Part shown: positions 1-13,222 of the stretch, piece by piece
How positions within the stretch are numbered: position 1 is the first letter of the stretch
Layout: every line of letters starts with the position of its first letter
Assembly: GCF_035594765.1 (NCBI RefSeq)
Contig: NC_085844.1
Coordinates: 61,891,923-61,955,922, forward strand
Direction of reading: 5' to 3'
Source of the DNA: Anolis carolinensis
Taxonomy: Eukaryota
Length of the DNA: 64,000 nt
Position numbers and translations under genes: made by a program
Notes under the pieces: model-generated
Told to the model about the DNA's origin: nothing
Database searches by the model: none
The model's input: the letters and a program-made list of their open reading frames with translations, nothing else

Positions 1-685
1 CTTTCATTATTTTCTACGGGTGCTACAAGAAACCAGGAATGAGGATTGCAACATTTTGTTGATAAATTGGTTAGATTAATAAATCTGAAACTCTTTGAGG
101 TTAAAATGTATCTCATATTAACTGACACCAGATTTTAAAAACAGTATTAAAATGCAACTTCTAGCTAACAGATGTTTGTAGTATTAATTGTGTAGTGGCT
201 GGAGAGCTTTATCTGTTTCCCACGCAACTCACAACTCACTTATTCAGCTCTTAGCCTCATAGCTTTAGTCTCATTGGAGATGGGCAGGCTTTTTTTCTTT
301 AGCGCTTCTTTAAAGTAGGCCTGCATGCTTCTGGTTATCATTACAGTGCAAAGGTATGGCTAATTTCCAGGGTAAACACAGATGACTAAATTAGTCCCAC
401 TTTCTACTTCTGTATATTCATTAAGGAACCAAAGAGAGGAAAGTTCAGAAATAGGCAGCTGCTTTGAAAATTAAAATGAACATAAGCATTAGCTAAATAT
501 GCTTAGCAGGATCTTAGAAATAATTCACAAAAGCAGCTTATAGGTCAGACTGAGAGGTGGAGGAGGAAGGATGAGAACTCACAGTGGGACTCAGTGACAT
601 AGCTGAGACCAGTCTTGGTTCTTTAATACCTTGGTGATTATTTATTCCTTTGGAGACTGGACAGCTCCCAGAGGAAATAAATGTA

Positions 686-1015
686 CAGTGTTCCCTCACT
701 TATTGCGAGGGTTAGGTTCCAGGACCACCCACAATAAGTGAAAATCCGCAAAGTAGGGATGCTAGATATAAATACATTATTTTCGTAGTTATACACTATT
801 TTAAGTCTTTATCAACCAGTTGTGTGTTGATAAATCATCTCCTTCTCCTGTTGCCACTTGGGCTCCTTTTCTCTCCCTTTGGCTTCTTCTTCCTCCATTC
901 CTTAGGCTGTAAATTGTAATTTTTTATGATTTATAATATTCTTTTAGAGTTTTTTGAAAAACCACAAAACAGCAAATCTGCTAAAAGCTAACTGCAAAGT
1001 AGTGAGGGAACACTG
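686..1015. mobile_element. Non-autonomous Tc1/mariner-superfamily (Tigger/pogo-like) MITE
   Basis: 15-bp perfect TIR CAGTGTTCCCTCACT, flanked by TA on both sides. A related right-end fragment lies at ~6950-7067. Confidence 0.8.
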
Positions 1016-1808
1016 TACTGACTTAGTTTGATAGCTCTGTGAAGGACTGGCTATGCTTCATAATCTTAAATCTTCATCTTGGTTCCATTATTTGGTAGGG
1101 TGATTTCTTGTAGTTTTTTTTAAACATAGTGCTGTCTTTTGAGTTAAGCAATGGCAAAAACGAGATAAATATTTTAGTCTCCAATAACCGGCATTCCTAG
1201 CCAATAGTGAAGAATGCTGGGAGTTGTAGTTTAGAAATATCTGAAGTGCGAATATGATTTCCACTCCTGATCATACTACTTTTACCTGTTTTTCTATTTT
1301 ATTTATTTCGTATGTCACTTCTGTTTATTCTTGTATTCCCCAATGATTTATCTTCAAATATCCTTATGAACTAAGGCAGCTTAATAAATTAACCGTTGCT
1401 ATAATGTAGACAATGGAAAAACTGCAACTGATAGAAGGTGCAGCACTTATCCGTGAAATAAGCATTATAACAATGCCAGAATCAAAAGACCAGCTGTGTG
1501 TTTTGGGTGTCTTCAGAAATGACAGCAGACTGATCAGCTAGAAGGGTAACATTGAACACACAGCACACAGCAGCTGAAAAAAATCTTTATTTTCTTTCCA
1601 TCAAAAATGTCTAGCGTATTTTTCAGAAAGGTCTTACAGGGTTTTGAGTTCTAACAGGAAACTTAGGTGTAAAGACCTGTGATGGCTGCAAGCCTCAATG
1701 CAGTTTCTAAGGACTTTATCATATGAACACACTATTCCACTACAGTCATGCTGTCACTGATAGTGGGTGAATTATGCTGCTAAGGTTTGACAAGCAAACC
1801 CTAACAAA

Positions 1809-1947
1809 GGGCCCTCCCACCCAGCCTTATAACTCAGAATATCAAGGCAGATAATCCATGACATCTACTTTGAATTGAGTTATCCGAGTCCACACTGCCA
1901 TATAATCCTGTTCAATGTGGATTTTATACAGCTGCGTGGAAGAGGCC
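1809..1947. mobile_element. Short MITE, PIF/Harbinger-like (related copies at 3396-3545 and ~27420-27570)
   Basis: Imperfect TIRs of the type GGGCCCCTTCCACACAGC, and an internal sequence shared with 3396-3545. Confidence 0.6.
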
Positions 1948-3395
1948 AAAGTTATCCATAGAACCCTGAGATTTCTTGGGCTGACTGCTGCCTTATCAGT
2001 CTATATATAAATAAATCCACATTTTTTTCACAATATATAGCTTCTGTATTTCACCACATAAGTCACACTTTTTCCCCTTTGGGGTGGAGGTGAGGGTGCA
2101 ACTATTATGCAATTTAAACTACTGTACATGGTGGGATTTTAAATATTACAAAGCAAATCTTTCTGAGTTGATACGGAAAGCTACCAGGACACCAAATGCA
2201 GCAACATAGAATATTCTGTTGAGGGGAATGCTGTAACAAGTTCTCCTTTTGAGACAGAAAAAGGAGTAAACTTTCAAAAAAAATATTTTTAACACAATAA
2301 ATAATTAGTGTCGTAGTGCAATACAATAATTATTTCCAAGTTCTCCTTTTAACCCCAAGTACAGCTTGTGGCTATGCTGGGGACAGGATACCTCACAATT
2401 ATGCAAACGTACAGGAACAAATCCAAGCAAGTAGCTCTGAAAGTCAGTAAGGGACAAGTGAATAAAAGGTCTTTCTTTCCTCACCTTCTCCTTACCCATA
2501 AGAAACACTGGATTAAAAATATTTGTTATAGAAAATCTATCGTAATCATATCAGCCAATAGAAATGTCCCCAGTCTGTACTGAGGCAAGAATACAGTGAA
2601 TCTTTGGAAATTATTGTTTCTTTACCTGTAATATAATTTGGTACAATTACACAACTAATACTGAAATCATTATAATGAAATGTAATTGCATAGTGTTCAT
2701 TACTCAACCAAGGAAAATGCTTCAATTTATTTAAGTCCATTTTAAATTTGTTGGAGAATTGTTCACATATTGTGGTTACAAGCATAATTGTTATCCATTT
2801 GTTTCTGCAGAATCCATTTATGAAATACTTACACAGATGGAGCATCTCTATACTGTCTCAAGCTGAAGTTTACATTGTTGGTTGGGAGACTATCCACATG
2901 TTTCATAACAAGTTTTTTTTAAGTAATAATCCTGAAGACAATTATACCTAAATAATGATATTTTATACCTCCATAAAATTGTGCGAATTGATACCATCCA
3001 ACTGTCTCAGTTGGGAAGGGACAGTCCTATGCTGTTTGACTTAACATATGAATATTTTGCAATCAGTTGATGAAGGACAAATCAAAATGTTTCCTCACTG
3101 CAGAGTAAAGTCGTGACAGAAGGCTGGGATAAGAAATAAGGATGATAAAAGTTGTTTTTCTTCTGCTTTGAAAACACTGAAATATGACAAATTCCTCAGA
3201 AATGTTTCCCTGACCACAGCTCTTTGAATGCAGGCACAGTTAGGGTAGTTCCTGGAACTCAATGGGTCAGAGACTGTTTATAACTCAAATACTTGTCTGT
3301 ACATTTTCTTCTTTGTATCACTGTCAATGTATACATGGAAGATTGTCCTTGCATTTCCTTTCTTTATCTTGTTTGACCCAGACTTTTTTGACTAA

Positions 3396-3545
3396 GGGCT
3401 CTTTCACACAGCCATATGACCCAGAATATCAAGGCAGATAATCCATAATATCTGCATTGAACTGGGTTATCTGAGTCCACACTACCATATAACTCAGTTC
3501 AAAGCAGATAATGTGGGATTTTATATAGCTGTGTGGAAGGGGCCC
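3396..3545. mobile_element. Short MITE, PIF/Harbinger-like
   Basis: GGGCTCTTTCACACAGC...GCTGTGTGGAAGGGGCCC inverted termini, preceded by TAA. Confidence 0.65.
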
Positions 3546-3649
3546 AAGTCATTTATTTAACATTTGATATCATCACTGTACTTTTCTCTTGCTCAAAACA
3601 ATGTTTATGTCGCATTTATTGACTCTTTTTTTCTTTCTTCCACAAAACC

Positions 3650-4698
3650 TAACAAACTGAAGCTTAATCCTGACAAGACAGAGGTCCTCCTGGTCAGTCG
3701 TGTGGCTGAACGGGGTATTGGGTGGCAACTTGTACTTGACGGAGTCGCATTCCCCCTGAGGACACAGGTCCGCAGTCTGGGGGTCCTCTTGGATTCAGCA
3801 CTGACACTTGAAGCTCAGGTGTCGGTGGTGGCCAGGAGGGCCTTTGCACAATTAAAACTTGTGCGCCAGCTGCAACCATACCTTGAGAAGCCTGACTTGG
3901 CTGCGGTGCTCCACACCTTCGTTACCTCCAGTCTGGATTATTGCAGTGCACTTTACATGGGGTTGCACTTGAAGACGGCTCAAAACTTCAACTGGTACAA
4001 CATTCGGTGGCCAAACTAATAACTGGTGCCGATTATAGGGAGCGGACAACCCCCCTATTAAAAGAGCTCCACTGGCTGCCGATCAGTTTCCGGTCCCAAT
4101 TCAAGGTGCAGGTGATTACCTATAAAGGTGATTACCTAAACAGCTCAGGACCTGACTATCTTCGTGAATGCATCTTCCCCTATGAACCCACACGGGCTCT
4201 AAGATCTGCTGGGGAGGCCCTCCTTGATCCCATCTCTGTCTCAAGCGCGGTTGGTGGGGACGAGAGAGGGCCTTCTCGATGGTGGCCCCCAGGCTCTGGA
4301 ACTCCCTCCCAAAGGAGATTAGATTAGCGGCCACCCTGGATTCCTTCCGGAAGAATATGAAAACATGTATGTTCACAGGTGCCTTCTCATAACTGATAAT
4401 TGATTGTCCATGTGCTTTACCTAGGCCTTGGCACTTTATTACCTTTAGTCGTTCCCACCCCTAGTCATTGAAGAATATGCATTTTCAGATTTCCAATCTC
4501 CTTAAAATGGCCCATGGCCTATGGTGCTTGACTATGGATTGGGATTACTGTCTATGTTTTAAATTATTTTAACTTTTGTGAGAAGTGTTATTATATTGTG
4601 ATTTTATTGTGTTACTGTTTTTATTGAAGTAATACTGTTTTGGGCTTGTCCCAGTGTAAGCCGCCCCGAGTCCTTCGGGAGATGGAGTGGGGTATAAA

Positions 4699-4750
<52 letters not shown>
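3650..4750 (+). mobile_element. 5'-truncated L2-type LINE (RT C-terminal region, 3' UTR and (ATT)n tail)
   Basis: Frameshifted ORFs LKLNPDKTEVL...LGVLLDS...LDYC and LKELHWLPI...WNSLP, then a TGTAAGCCGCCCCGAGTCC 3' motif and an (ATT)n microsatellite. Confidence 0.85.
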
Positions 4751-4751
<1 letters not shown>

Positions 4752-5084
4752 GTTTATAGGCACAAGCCTGCAGTTCAATTATTCAATGCTGATTGTTAAA
4801 ACAAATGTAAAATTACACAAACTGTGAATAACTGTCTTGACAAACCTGATGGGACACATCTGTATGGGGAGGTTATGTTCTGACTTGTAAAATTAGTAAG
4901 GAAACACAAAGTCATACGGAAGAAGGTGATACTACTATTGTTTTGTTTTTTGTAGACTGTGCAGCCCATGCTGTCTTACTGAAGCCCACACTGACATATA
5001 AGATATCATTAATTTCATAATTTGGGGATCAGCAGGATTAATTTAATTTAATTTAATTTATGACACCATAAAACTGCCAGTGAG

Positions 5085-5360
5085 CAAAGAGCAAGGAGGA
5101 AGTACTACAATCAAAAAGACTCAGTGTCACAGTGGATGAAGTGGCAGCTCCCCCTGTGGCTGGAATCGAGCATATCCTCATGAAGCCGGAAATTGGAAAA
5201 TGTTAAATTACCTCTACTGTCTGTCTGTATGTGTTGTATGTCTAATAATGGCATTTAATGTTTGCCATGTATATGTGCATTGTGATCCAACCTCAGTCCC
5301 CTTCAGCATGAGAAGGACAGAATATAAATACTGTAAATAAATAAATAAATAAATAAATAA
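5085..5360 (+). mobile_element. 3' part of an L2-tailed anole SINE with (AAAT)n tail
   Basis: Shares sequence with the 15877-16291 and 58258-58751 copies (GTGGCTGGAATCGAGCA...GGCATT(G/T)AATGTTTG...AATATAAAT). Confidence 0.7.
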
Positions 5361-7129
5361 GGAAATTAACTTTGGTTAACAAAAAAGTGTGAGCGTTTTG
5401 CATCAGTCCAGATAAAACACTTCTATGATAATTCTTGCTTCTGGTCTTGGGATCTCCAGTTCAGATTAATGCACCTCACAGAGATGCACCTGGAATCCTG
5501 TGAAAAGGTGAATTTTGACAATGTGTTCACTGTTTTCATTTTTCTCTTCTGGTAATTGGTAGGTGCTCATTGTTTACCTGCCTTAACGTTTTGAGCAGAC
5601 ATATTTCTCCCTCTATTTCTTTCTGTTATCCCACCGAACATTTACAAGCAAGCACCAAGTTTCCACTGTTGAAGGAAATATCAAATCTGTATAATGAGAT
5701 TGTCTTCTGCTAGAAACCAAAGATGTGGATGCTTTCACTTAAATATATTGTGGTGGTTGTACATACCGTATTTACTCCCCCCCCTGCTTTATTTTCTCTA
5801 CTGCATCAACAACAGCTCTCATCAATCAATACAAAATCAATCAAATAAAAACAACTTTCAACCCTCAAGGTCTGAATATTTGTCTGAGCTGTCAGTACAA
5901 ACATGTGGAAACTGAAATTAATGGATTAGTCATAAAGCTTTCTTACAGTAATAAAATAGTTCTTAGAGCATTTGCACAAGGTGTGAGAGCTACACCCTCA
6001 GCTCACAGTTCCACTTTCAGGGTATTTGCATATGATAAATGTTGCAGACAGTGGAGCGCAAGGACACATTTAACAGAAAGGTTCATGTTAAGAACAATAA
6101 GGGACTGGAGCTACAGCAACTGAAAGATACCTGTGCCTATCTGGAGGTCCTGATCCAGTTCCTCTCTTCCAGGGAATAAAAAGATGTGCATTGACAAAAA
6201 AAAAAACTGTGCTCAGACCTGAAACTTTCAACCAAGGTGTGTGTTTAAGGAATACATGGAGCAGTGGTTACCTAGTATATTTGACACCTGGAGCAGATAA
6301 TTTTGAAAATTGGGAATTGCACTCTGTGTTGATCCAGATTTTCCAGTTTGTAACTGCCACATGGCTTGGTTCAGTAAAATGCAGTTTTCCAGATGTGGTT
6401 AAAGTATCACTCCCAATAATTTTAGCCAGCATAGGCAATAGTGAGGAATGCAGAGAATTGTGCTTCAGCAACATCTTGAGGGATTCACTTGGCCCACTCC
6501 TACTGTATGTTTACTAAAAGAATGTCAACTGAGTTCAGTGGTGCTTAATCCCAAATACAGGTAACCCTGGGTCACAACCTTAGGATGCAGCACCAAAGGA
6601 GTTAAACATGTGAGTTCATCTGAATTTAGAAGCTGAGCAGGATTGGACCCAATTAGGATCAAGATATGTCAGAGGTCTCCTGTCTGCACTAAGAAAGAAA
6701 CCCTGCATGCCCATGCCACCAGTCAGAGTTGACAATATTGGAGTGGCTGAACAAAGTAATTAACTGTATAAGGCAGGTTCCTATGCTCCTGCTTGTAGCT
6801 GAGCTGGTTCACAAGAAACAAGGATGTGTGTGTGTGTAAAGAAAAAAGAATGACTGTTAATTTATTTCATTTCATATATAAAGTTCCCTACCCCCACCCC
6901 GTCCCTTTATTTCTCCCTTTCTCCCCTTCCAAAACCCTTTGCACACCGCAAAAAAACCCGCAAAACAGCAAAAATACCGCAATAAATGTGTACATTAATA
7001 TTAATTGAAAACCCGTGAAACAGTGAGGGATCGAAAAGTGAACCGTGAAGTAGCGAGGGAATACTGTAGTTAGTAAAAGGAAAATTCACTCCCCATTCCT
7101 TTCTCAGCCGACATATTTTTCCTAGCTTG

Positions 7130-7695
7130 TGTCAGAGAACTCAACCTTCAAATACCAGCAAGGCGTACGAGGTCAAGTTGATAGCCCACCCGAGAGGCAA
7201 ACAATAGCAGGATAACACAACAAAGGTGCCGAGTGTCCATTCCAAGGTTGCCAGCAGAATATCAGAGAGTCCAGAATGCATAAGCCAAGGTCCAGGATAA
7301 GTCCAGAGTTCAGGAATACAAGATAGCAGGAGTCCAAGGTCATAGCTTCTGGCACTGACGTTGCAGCCAGCAACAAGGTGCCGTCCTTGAGCTCCTTAAA
7401 TCCTACATTCTCATGTGTTACCTGTTGCTGGCTCGTTTCTCATCTAATCTTGAGGACTTGTGCAGCTGATGCATCTCTTTGCAGATCCACAAAAGCTGGA
7501 ACAGCTAACACTTTTTCAGGCTCCTCCAAGGAACTTGCTTCCACTTGTTCTGCAGGCTATGAAGTAGCAGCTACTTCCATTGTCTCTATTTCAAAGCCTG
7601 GCTGAGAGAGCTGCTGGACACAAGAGGGCTCCAGCTCTACCATTGAGCCTTCAACCAGGATCTTCTCATCCTCGTTTTCTAAGCTATCCACGACA
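7130..7695 (-). mobile_element. Solo LTR (Gypsy-like)
   Basis: TGTC...GACA termini with a perfect 5-bp TSD GCTTG at 7125-7129 and 7696-7700. Confidence 0.8.
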
Positions 7696-7754
7696 GCTTG
7701 AAATGTAACATGCTAATGTTAAAAAGTTTCAGACAAAGTCACTAATACAATCTA

Positions 7755-7940
7755 ATTTTGATCTTGGGAGCTATGCAGAATCAACCATGTTTAGTACTTG
7801 GATGGGAGATAGTCAGTGAATATTTATTTCAGAGAAGATACTGGCCAAACTACATCTAAGTATTCCTTGCTTAACAAAACCTTATGAAATTAATGGGGTT
7901 GCCACAAATTGACAGGCAACTTGACAGCACATACACACAC
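7755..7940 (+). mobile_element. 5S rRNA-derived SINE remnant (related reverse copies at ~27225-27410 and ~53075-53205)
   Basis: GATCTTGGGAGCTATGCAG...TTAGTACTTGGATGGGAGA resembles the 5S internal promoter region. It is degenerate and not a functional 5S gene. Confidence 0.6.
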
Positions 7941-9323
7941 TTACCACATTTGACTCTAAAACTCATCTGCCTAAAACAATGACTCAACTCACTACTGGAA
8001 GTAGGATAGACTAGGAGGGAAGACGGGCCACTATTGTGTTCTAAAATGTAGAGTATAATGGGGATGAGAAGTAAAACCATCGCATGGAGAGACTGTGAGT
8101 CAGTAGTTTTTGTGCTGTTTCCATTCCAATCTGTCTCTGTCTTATAACTGCAGTGCTCTCAGGCCTCAGGGTACTGAGACTGAATGCTACAATGGAAAGT
8201 AATTAAGAAGGCAGGGGCAATCTGTGACATAATTGAGGGAGAATGTGCTGATCTGGTGTGTACAACTGAAAGATGACATTAATTTTGAGGGGCAGAATGA
8301 TGGAATGGCCTTGATTCCAATTTTCTGGTGGGATACCCTATTCAACACAACTTTGGACTGGTTGAGATTTTATTGTTATAGCACCCACTTTGGTGCCCTG
8401 AAATCCCCTGATGAAAGATAGCACTGAGGGCTCCAAGTATTGTGGTTATGTGTGACCTCAATATATACACCAAGGCTAGTTTTTCAGGGAAAGCTTAGGA
8501 TTTCCTAGACACTATTGCAATAATCATTGTGCCTCAGTATCAAGGCCAATGCATGTGGCAAGACATTGTGTTCTGTATAGGTTTAAGGGACAATAATCAA
8601 TGGATGGGAAAGCCAGGAATTGCTCATGAATGGTTCATTAGCTGAACAAATCTGACTGTTTACTCTAGACCTTGAAAGTTGCAAGACTAATTCTGTTCAT
8701 CTTCCCCCAAAGACTAATAGATTTAATCGGTTTCCAAAGGTCTCTTGGGACATTTCTTCCAGTTTTAGCTGGTATTTCTCTAAAAGGCCTGTTCCTGATT
8801 TGAAATAGGGAGATTACTTGGTCATTAATATCATCTCAAGCATTGCTGACTCAGTCCCCGCTATATAATTCTTTATCATAGTGTTTTGAGAACCTGAAGG
8901 CTGGGTCAAAAGCTAAAGTACAGATAAGGAAAAGTATGATTTTATTGATTTTATTTCTATCCCATGTTTTTGCCAACATGGTATCCATGATTGAATATAA
9001 GTGGGAAACCACTTCAGGGTGTGTTATGTGACCATAATGATTATAAAGAAATTTTACAGAAGGCCCATCTCCTCAGTGTGAACCAGCAAAGGGATTATTT
9101 TAGTGATTAAAGGTCTTTCTTCTATAAAATCAGAAAATTAGCTGGAACTCTCAGGTGCATGTGGATTATGTCGTCTTTTACAAATAAAACCACTCATGCC
9201 CATTCTTACATGGATGTCATTGTTTGTATTTGTAGCTGTGAATGCACATCTTGTGGATCTTGTGCAAAAGTGTAGACTGAGATGAATACATACAGTGAAT
9301 GTGAGAGTAATATGTGTTAAGTA

Positions 9324-9561
9324 AAAGGTTTTGCCCTGACATTAAACCTAGTCGTGTCTGACTCTGGGGGTTGGTGCTCATCTCCATTTCTAAACCAAAG
9401 AGCTGGTGTTGTCAATAGACACCTCCAAGGTCATGTGGCCGGCATGACTGCATGAAGCGCCATTACCTTCCTGCCGGAGCAGTACCTATTGATCTACTCA
9501 CATTTGCATGTTTTCAAACTGCTAGGTTGGCAGAAGCTGGGGCTAACAGTTTTTGTTACAG
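9324..9561 (-). mobile_element. Sauria SINE, 5'-truncated
   Basis: Reverse complement of the 35750-36068 copy; AAGTA on both flanks; absent from the paralogous empty site at ~13185. Confidence 0.85.
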
Positions 9562-9986
9562 AAGTACAGATACCCATTGCTATATTCAAGAGTATAAATT
9601 AACAGTCTATAAACATTATTCTCCTCAACATTATTCCCAGACTCAACTGCATCCCACTGACTCATATGAAGGATTAGAGATGCAAAAGCACCCAGGACAC
9701 AATACACTGTATTCTACAAATCAGTAAATACCCACAAGTATGCATGATTTCTGTAAATCACAGAATATGGTTTGGGAGGGGGGGGGGGGGGTTGGTTACC
9801 TCTGTTGAGTCTGGCTTTTTCTTTTCTTTGTGCAGACTGTACACATTCCTGGCTATAACCAAAATTATCTACAATGCAATCTAATGGATATTTACTTGGA
9901 TGTCTGCCTCTCTGAATTCAAAGGGACTCACTTCAAGTGGGTGCGTGAAGGACTGCAACCTTAGAACAACAATTTGCTTTGAGATG

Positions 9987-11065
9987 GGGTCCATCTGCAC
10001 TGTAGAATTAAAGCAGTTTGACACCTGTGATGACTCATGGGCCTTGTAGTCCTGTTCCTAGTACTGTTGTGGCAGACGAAGAGGAAAACATGAGATTTTC
10101 GCCGGTTCAGCAAGAGCCGGAGTCTCTTCACCTGCAGGATGTTGACGTTTGCCCTCAAGAATTCAGCCAAACAGGCCTTGGGCAGAACTCCCCCCCGTTT
10201 TCCCGGAGGGACAATTATACCAAAGATAGGGGAGTCAGGGAGGCTAATCGCAGAAGCCTGAGAATCGCTGCCAAACAAATGGCTGATTAGGTCTGCTTCC
10301 CTTGGGAAATTCTAAGGAGTCATGCATCTGGACAGAGTTGGGTTTCGTTTCCCGTTCTCTAGGGAAAGAGTTCTGTTGGCGGGGAAACGAGACCCAATAT
10401 AGGTGTTTGTCGCAAGGGAAACTTTGCGGAGTCAATTGATCAGCTTGAGGAGAGAGATCGTGTGTGGACTTCGTAATCCCAGTTCCTTGCTTCCCGGATC
10501 AAGTTTCAAGCCTTGCCTTGTCTCACGTTTTTACCACGGACTATGTTTCATGCTTCATGTTCGTCTTGCCTCCAGTCAAGGATCTAGTCGAGAATCAAGT
10601 CTATTCCAGCCTTGTTGTCAAGCGTCATTGGACTTTAAAGACTCTGTTATTTCCCCACACTATTGCTTGGCAAAGTGTGTGTTTCGGTCAAGTGGATTAA
10701 AACTTTGAACTCTAATATCTTATATTGGACAATACATTTCTGGACTATATTTGACCTTATCTGAAAGGTCTGCTTCTGAACTTTATTCTTCACTTGTTTT
10801 TATTTATTTTATATATTTCTTTAATAAAGATATTAGATAGATTCTGGCCTCTGTGTAAGGTTATTGGTGCTCTGCAGCCTGGGTCCTGACAGCACCACTT
10901 TCAAAGCTAAGGCTCCATTCTATGGAATCCTGGGAGCTATAGTTTGGCGAGACACCAGCACTCTTTGGAAGAGGAAACCTTGCAAAAGTACAATTCTCAG
11001 GATTCCATAGCCATGGCAGTTGAGGTAATGTCAAACTGCTTTAATTCTACAATGTAGATGCACTC
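9987..11065. mobile_element. Palindromic MITE interrupted by the solo LTR at 10026-10891
   Basis: GGGTCCATCTGCACTGTAGAATTAAAGCAGTTTGAC is inverted at GTCAAACTGCTTTAATTCTACAATGTAGATGCACTC. The same family occurs at ~11311-11765 and ~20990-21145. Confidence 0.7.
10026..10891 (+). mobile_element. Solo LTR (Gypsy-like), 866 bp
   Basis: TG...CA termini, 5-bp TSD ACACC/GCACC, TATA-like motif at ~10397 and AATAAA at ~10823. A second copy starts at 38676. Confidence 0.8.
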
Positions 11066-11527
11066 ATGGACAGCTTAAAGCTACTCCCATCTTGCCTGAA
11101 TGATATGAGAAATAATGAGAGAAAATGGAAGACAATACTTATATAGGCACTTGTAAAATGCCATGAAGGCAGCAGGGTGATTGCAGGATAAAGAGCAGGC
11201 TGGTCCTGCTCTGTGTAAATATTCCAGCTGGATAAATATTATCTTCAGACTCTTTTCTTGAGTCAGCCCCACTGTATACCAAGTTATTTCTCAGTTGCCT
11301 TTGAAGTCCCAGGGTGTGTCTACTCGGTAGAAATAATGCAGTTTGACACTTTAACACATGGCTCAATGCTATGGAATCATAGCATTTTTACCAGATCTTT
11401 AACCTTCTCTGTCGGAGTGCTGGTTCCTCACCAAACTAAACCTCGCAGGAACTAGTTTGACACCCCTTGGTCTGCCATGGCTCAATGCTATGAAACCCCA
11501 GGAGTTGTAGTTTCATAAGGTCTTTAG

Positions 11528-11659
11528 CAGTGGTTCTCAACCTGCGGGTCCCAAGATGTTTTGGCCAACTCCCAGAAATCCTAAAAGCTGGTAAACTGGC
11601 TGGGATTTCTGAGAGTTGTAGGCCAAAATACCTGGAGACCCACAGGTCGAGAACCACTG
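11528..11659. mobile_element. hAT-family MITE (~132 bp) nested in another MITE
   Basis: TIR CAGTGGTTCTC; perfect 8-bp TSD GTCTTTAG. Confidence 0.9.
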
Positions 11660-11799
11660 GTCTTTAGCCTTTTCTACCCAAGTGCTAGTGCCTCACCATA
11701 CTACAACCCCCATGGTTCCATAGCATTGAGTCATGGCAGCTGAAGCGGTGTCAAACGGCATTACCCAGTCTATTTTTACAACCTTGCCGTTTTTAAGTT

Positions 11800-12000
11800 T
11801 GTTGTTTATCTTTATAGGTTAATGGTTAAATTTTATAATTGCTTATGTCTTTTGTCTATTGATATTTTTTATATTGTTATTGTTTTTATCTGGCCCTGGC
11901 CCCATGTAAGCCGCCTCGAGTCCCCTTTGGGGGAGATGGAGGCGAGGTATAAAAATAAAGTTGTTGTTGTTGTTATTATTATTATTATTATTATTATTAA
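11800..12000 (+). mobile_element. L2-type 3' tail with (GTT)n(ATT)n; similar tails at ~27790-27855, ~29540-29660, and reversed at ~30350-30450, ~49300-49380, ~56340-56430
   Basis: TGTAAGCCGCC...GAGTCCC...GGGGAGATGGAGGCG...TATAAAAATAAAG motif followed by a microsatellite. Confidence 0.7.
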
Positions 12001-13222
12001 TTCTACAATAATGCACCCCAAGTCCTAGGGAAGAAACTGTTAAAACTTAGTGTGAGAAAGATGTATTCTTTTTAAAAAATTGTGTGGAATCTCCTTATGG
12101 TGAATGCATCTACACTGTAAAATGGAGCATTCCAAACATCTGATGTTGGTGACACACGTTTTAGACATGCAACATTTGTGACACAGTAATTCAATTTTAC
12201 TGGCAAACCTGAGGTTAAACCAACTTCTTATAGGTGATACGGATACAAACATAAACTGTAATGACAATATGTTAAGGGTGTTACCCCCAGGTCTGGGACA
12301 ATCAGTTTGACAGGGTCAAAGGACAGACAATAATGGTGTTTCTTGTATCAAGAGAAGAAAAAAATTATACAAAAGGTTCAGAAAAAAACAATCACACGCA
12401 TGTGAAGCGCCTACTATCTATTGTAGGAGGAACAAATGGTGTCTCTTAGAACAATAGTTTGGAAGTTCACCTTATCTCCAGCAGCTAGCATTATCTCATC
12501 ACCTTCTAGCCAATGAGAAATACACACCTCTTTCTCTTTAATATATAGGGTCAAAGGGCAAGGTCTTTGCTCAATTTGCTGTTACCTAAATAAGGGGATA
12601 TCACACAAAAAAACATTTTCTCTCCAAGGAACTGACCAATTTCAGAGCAAAGGGCTCTTTGGAGTTGGAACCTTCTCAATTTTTTCTCAATCACTCAGGC
12701 CTAGCAAACAGGAGGGCCTAGAGCTTCAATTTTCAATTTAAGGCTCTCATGGGGACACAATGTATCTCATTTATTTTTTTAAAATATATAATTTGCACAA
12801 TAATCACATACTTTTCCAAGATTTGTGTCATTTCTCGCTAATTTTCACACGACACACCTTTACCGTGCAGCTGATATGCAAAAGATGTCACAACAGTTTG
12901 CAACACCCTGCCATTTGGTACTTTTTGAACTGCCACAGCCCAATGCTATGGAATCACAGGTATTGTAGTTCCTTCTGTAAAAATAGGAAAATTAGTTGGA
13001 CCTCTCAGTGACCCATGTCAACTATTTTGCCTTTTGAAAATAAAATCACTTGTGCCTATTCTTAAACATGGATGCCATCGTTTGTATTTGTAGTTGTGAA
13101 TGCACATCTTGTGGATCTTGTGCACAAGTGTAGACTGATATGAATATACATACATATAGTGAATGTGAAGGTAATATGTATTAAGTACAGATACTCATTG
13201 CTATAACACAGAGTACAGTATA

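Noticed and set aside
7755-7830. 5S rRNA gene
   Set aside because: It is partial, degenerate and fused to a SINE body.
12270-12760. Possible additional solo LTR
   Set aside because: I could not identify matching TG...CA termini with a TSD.
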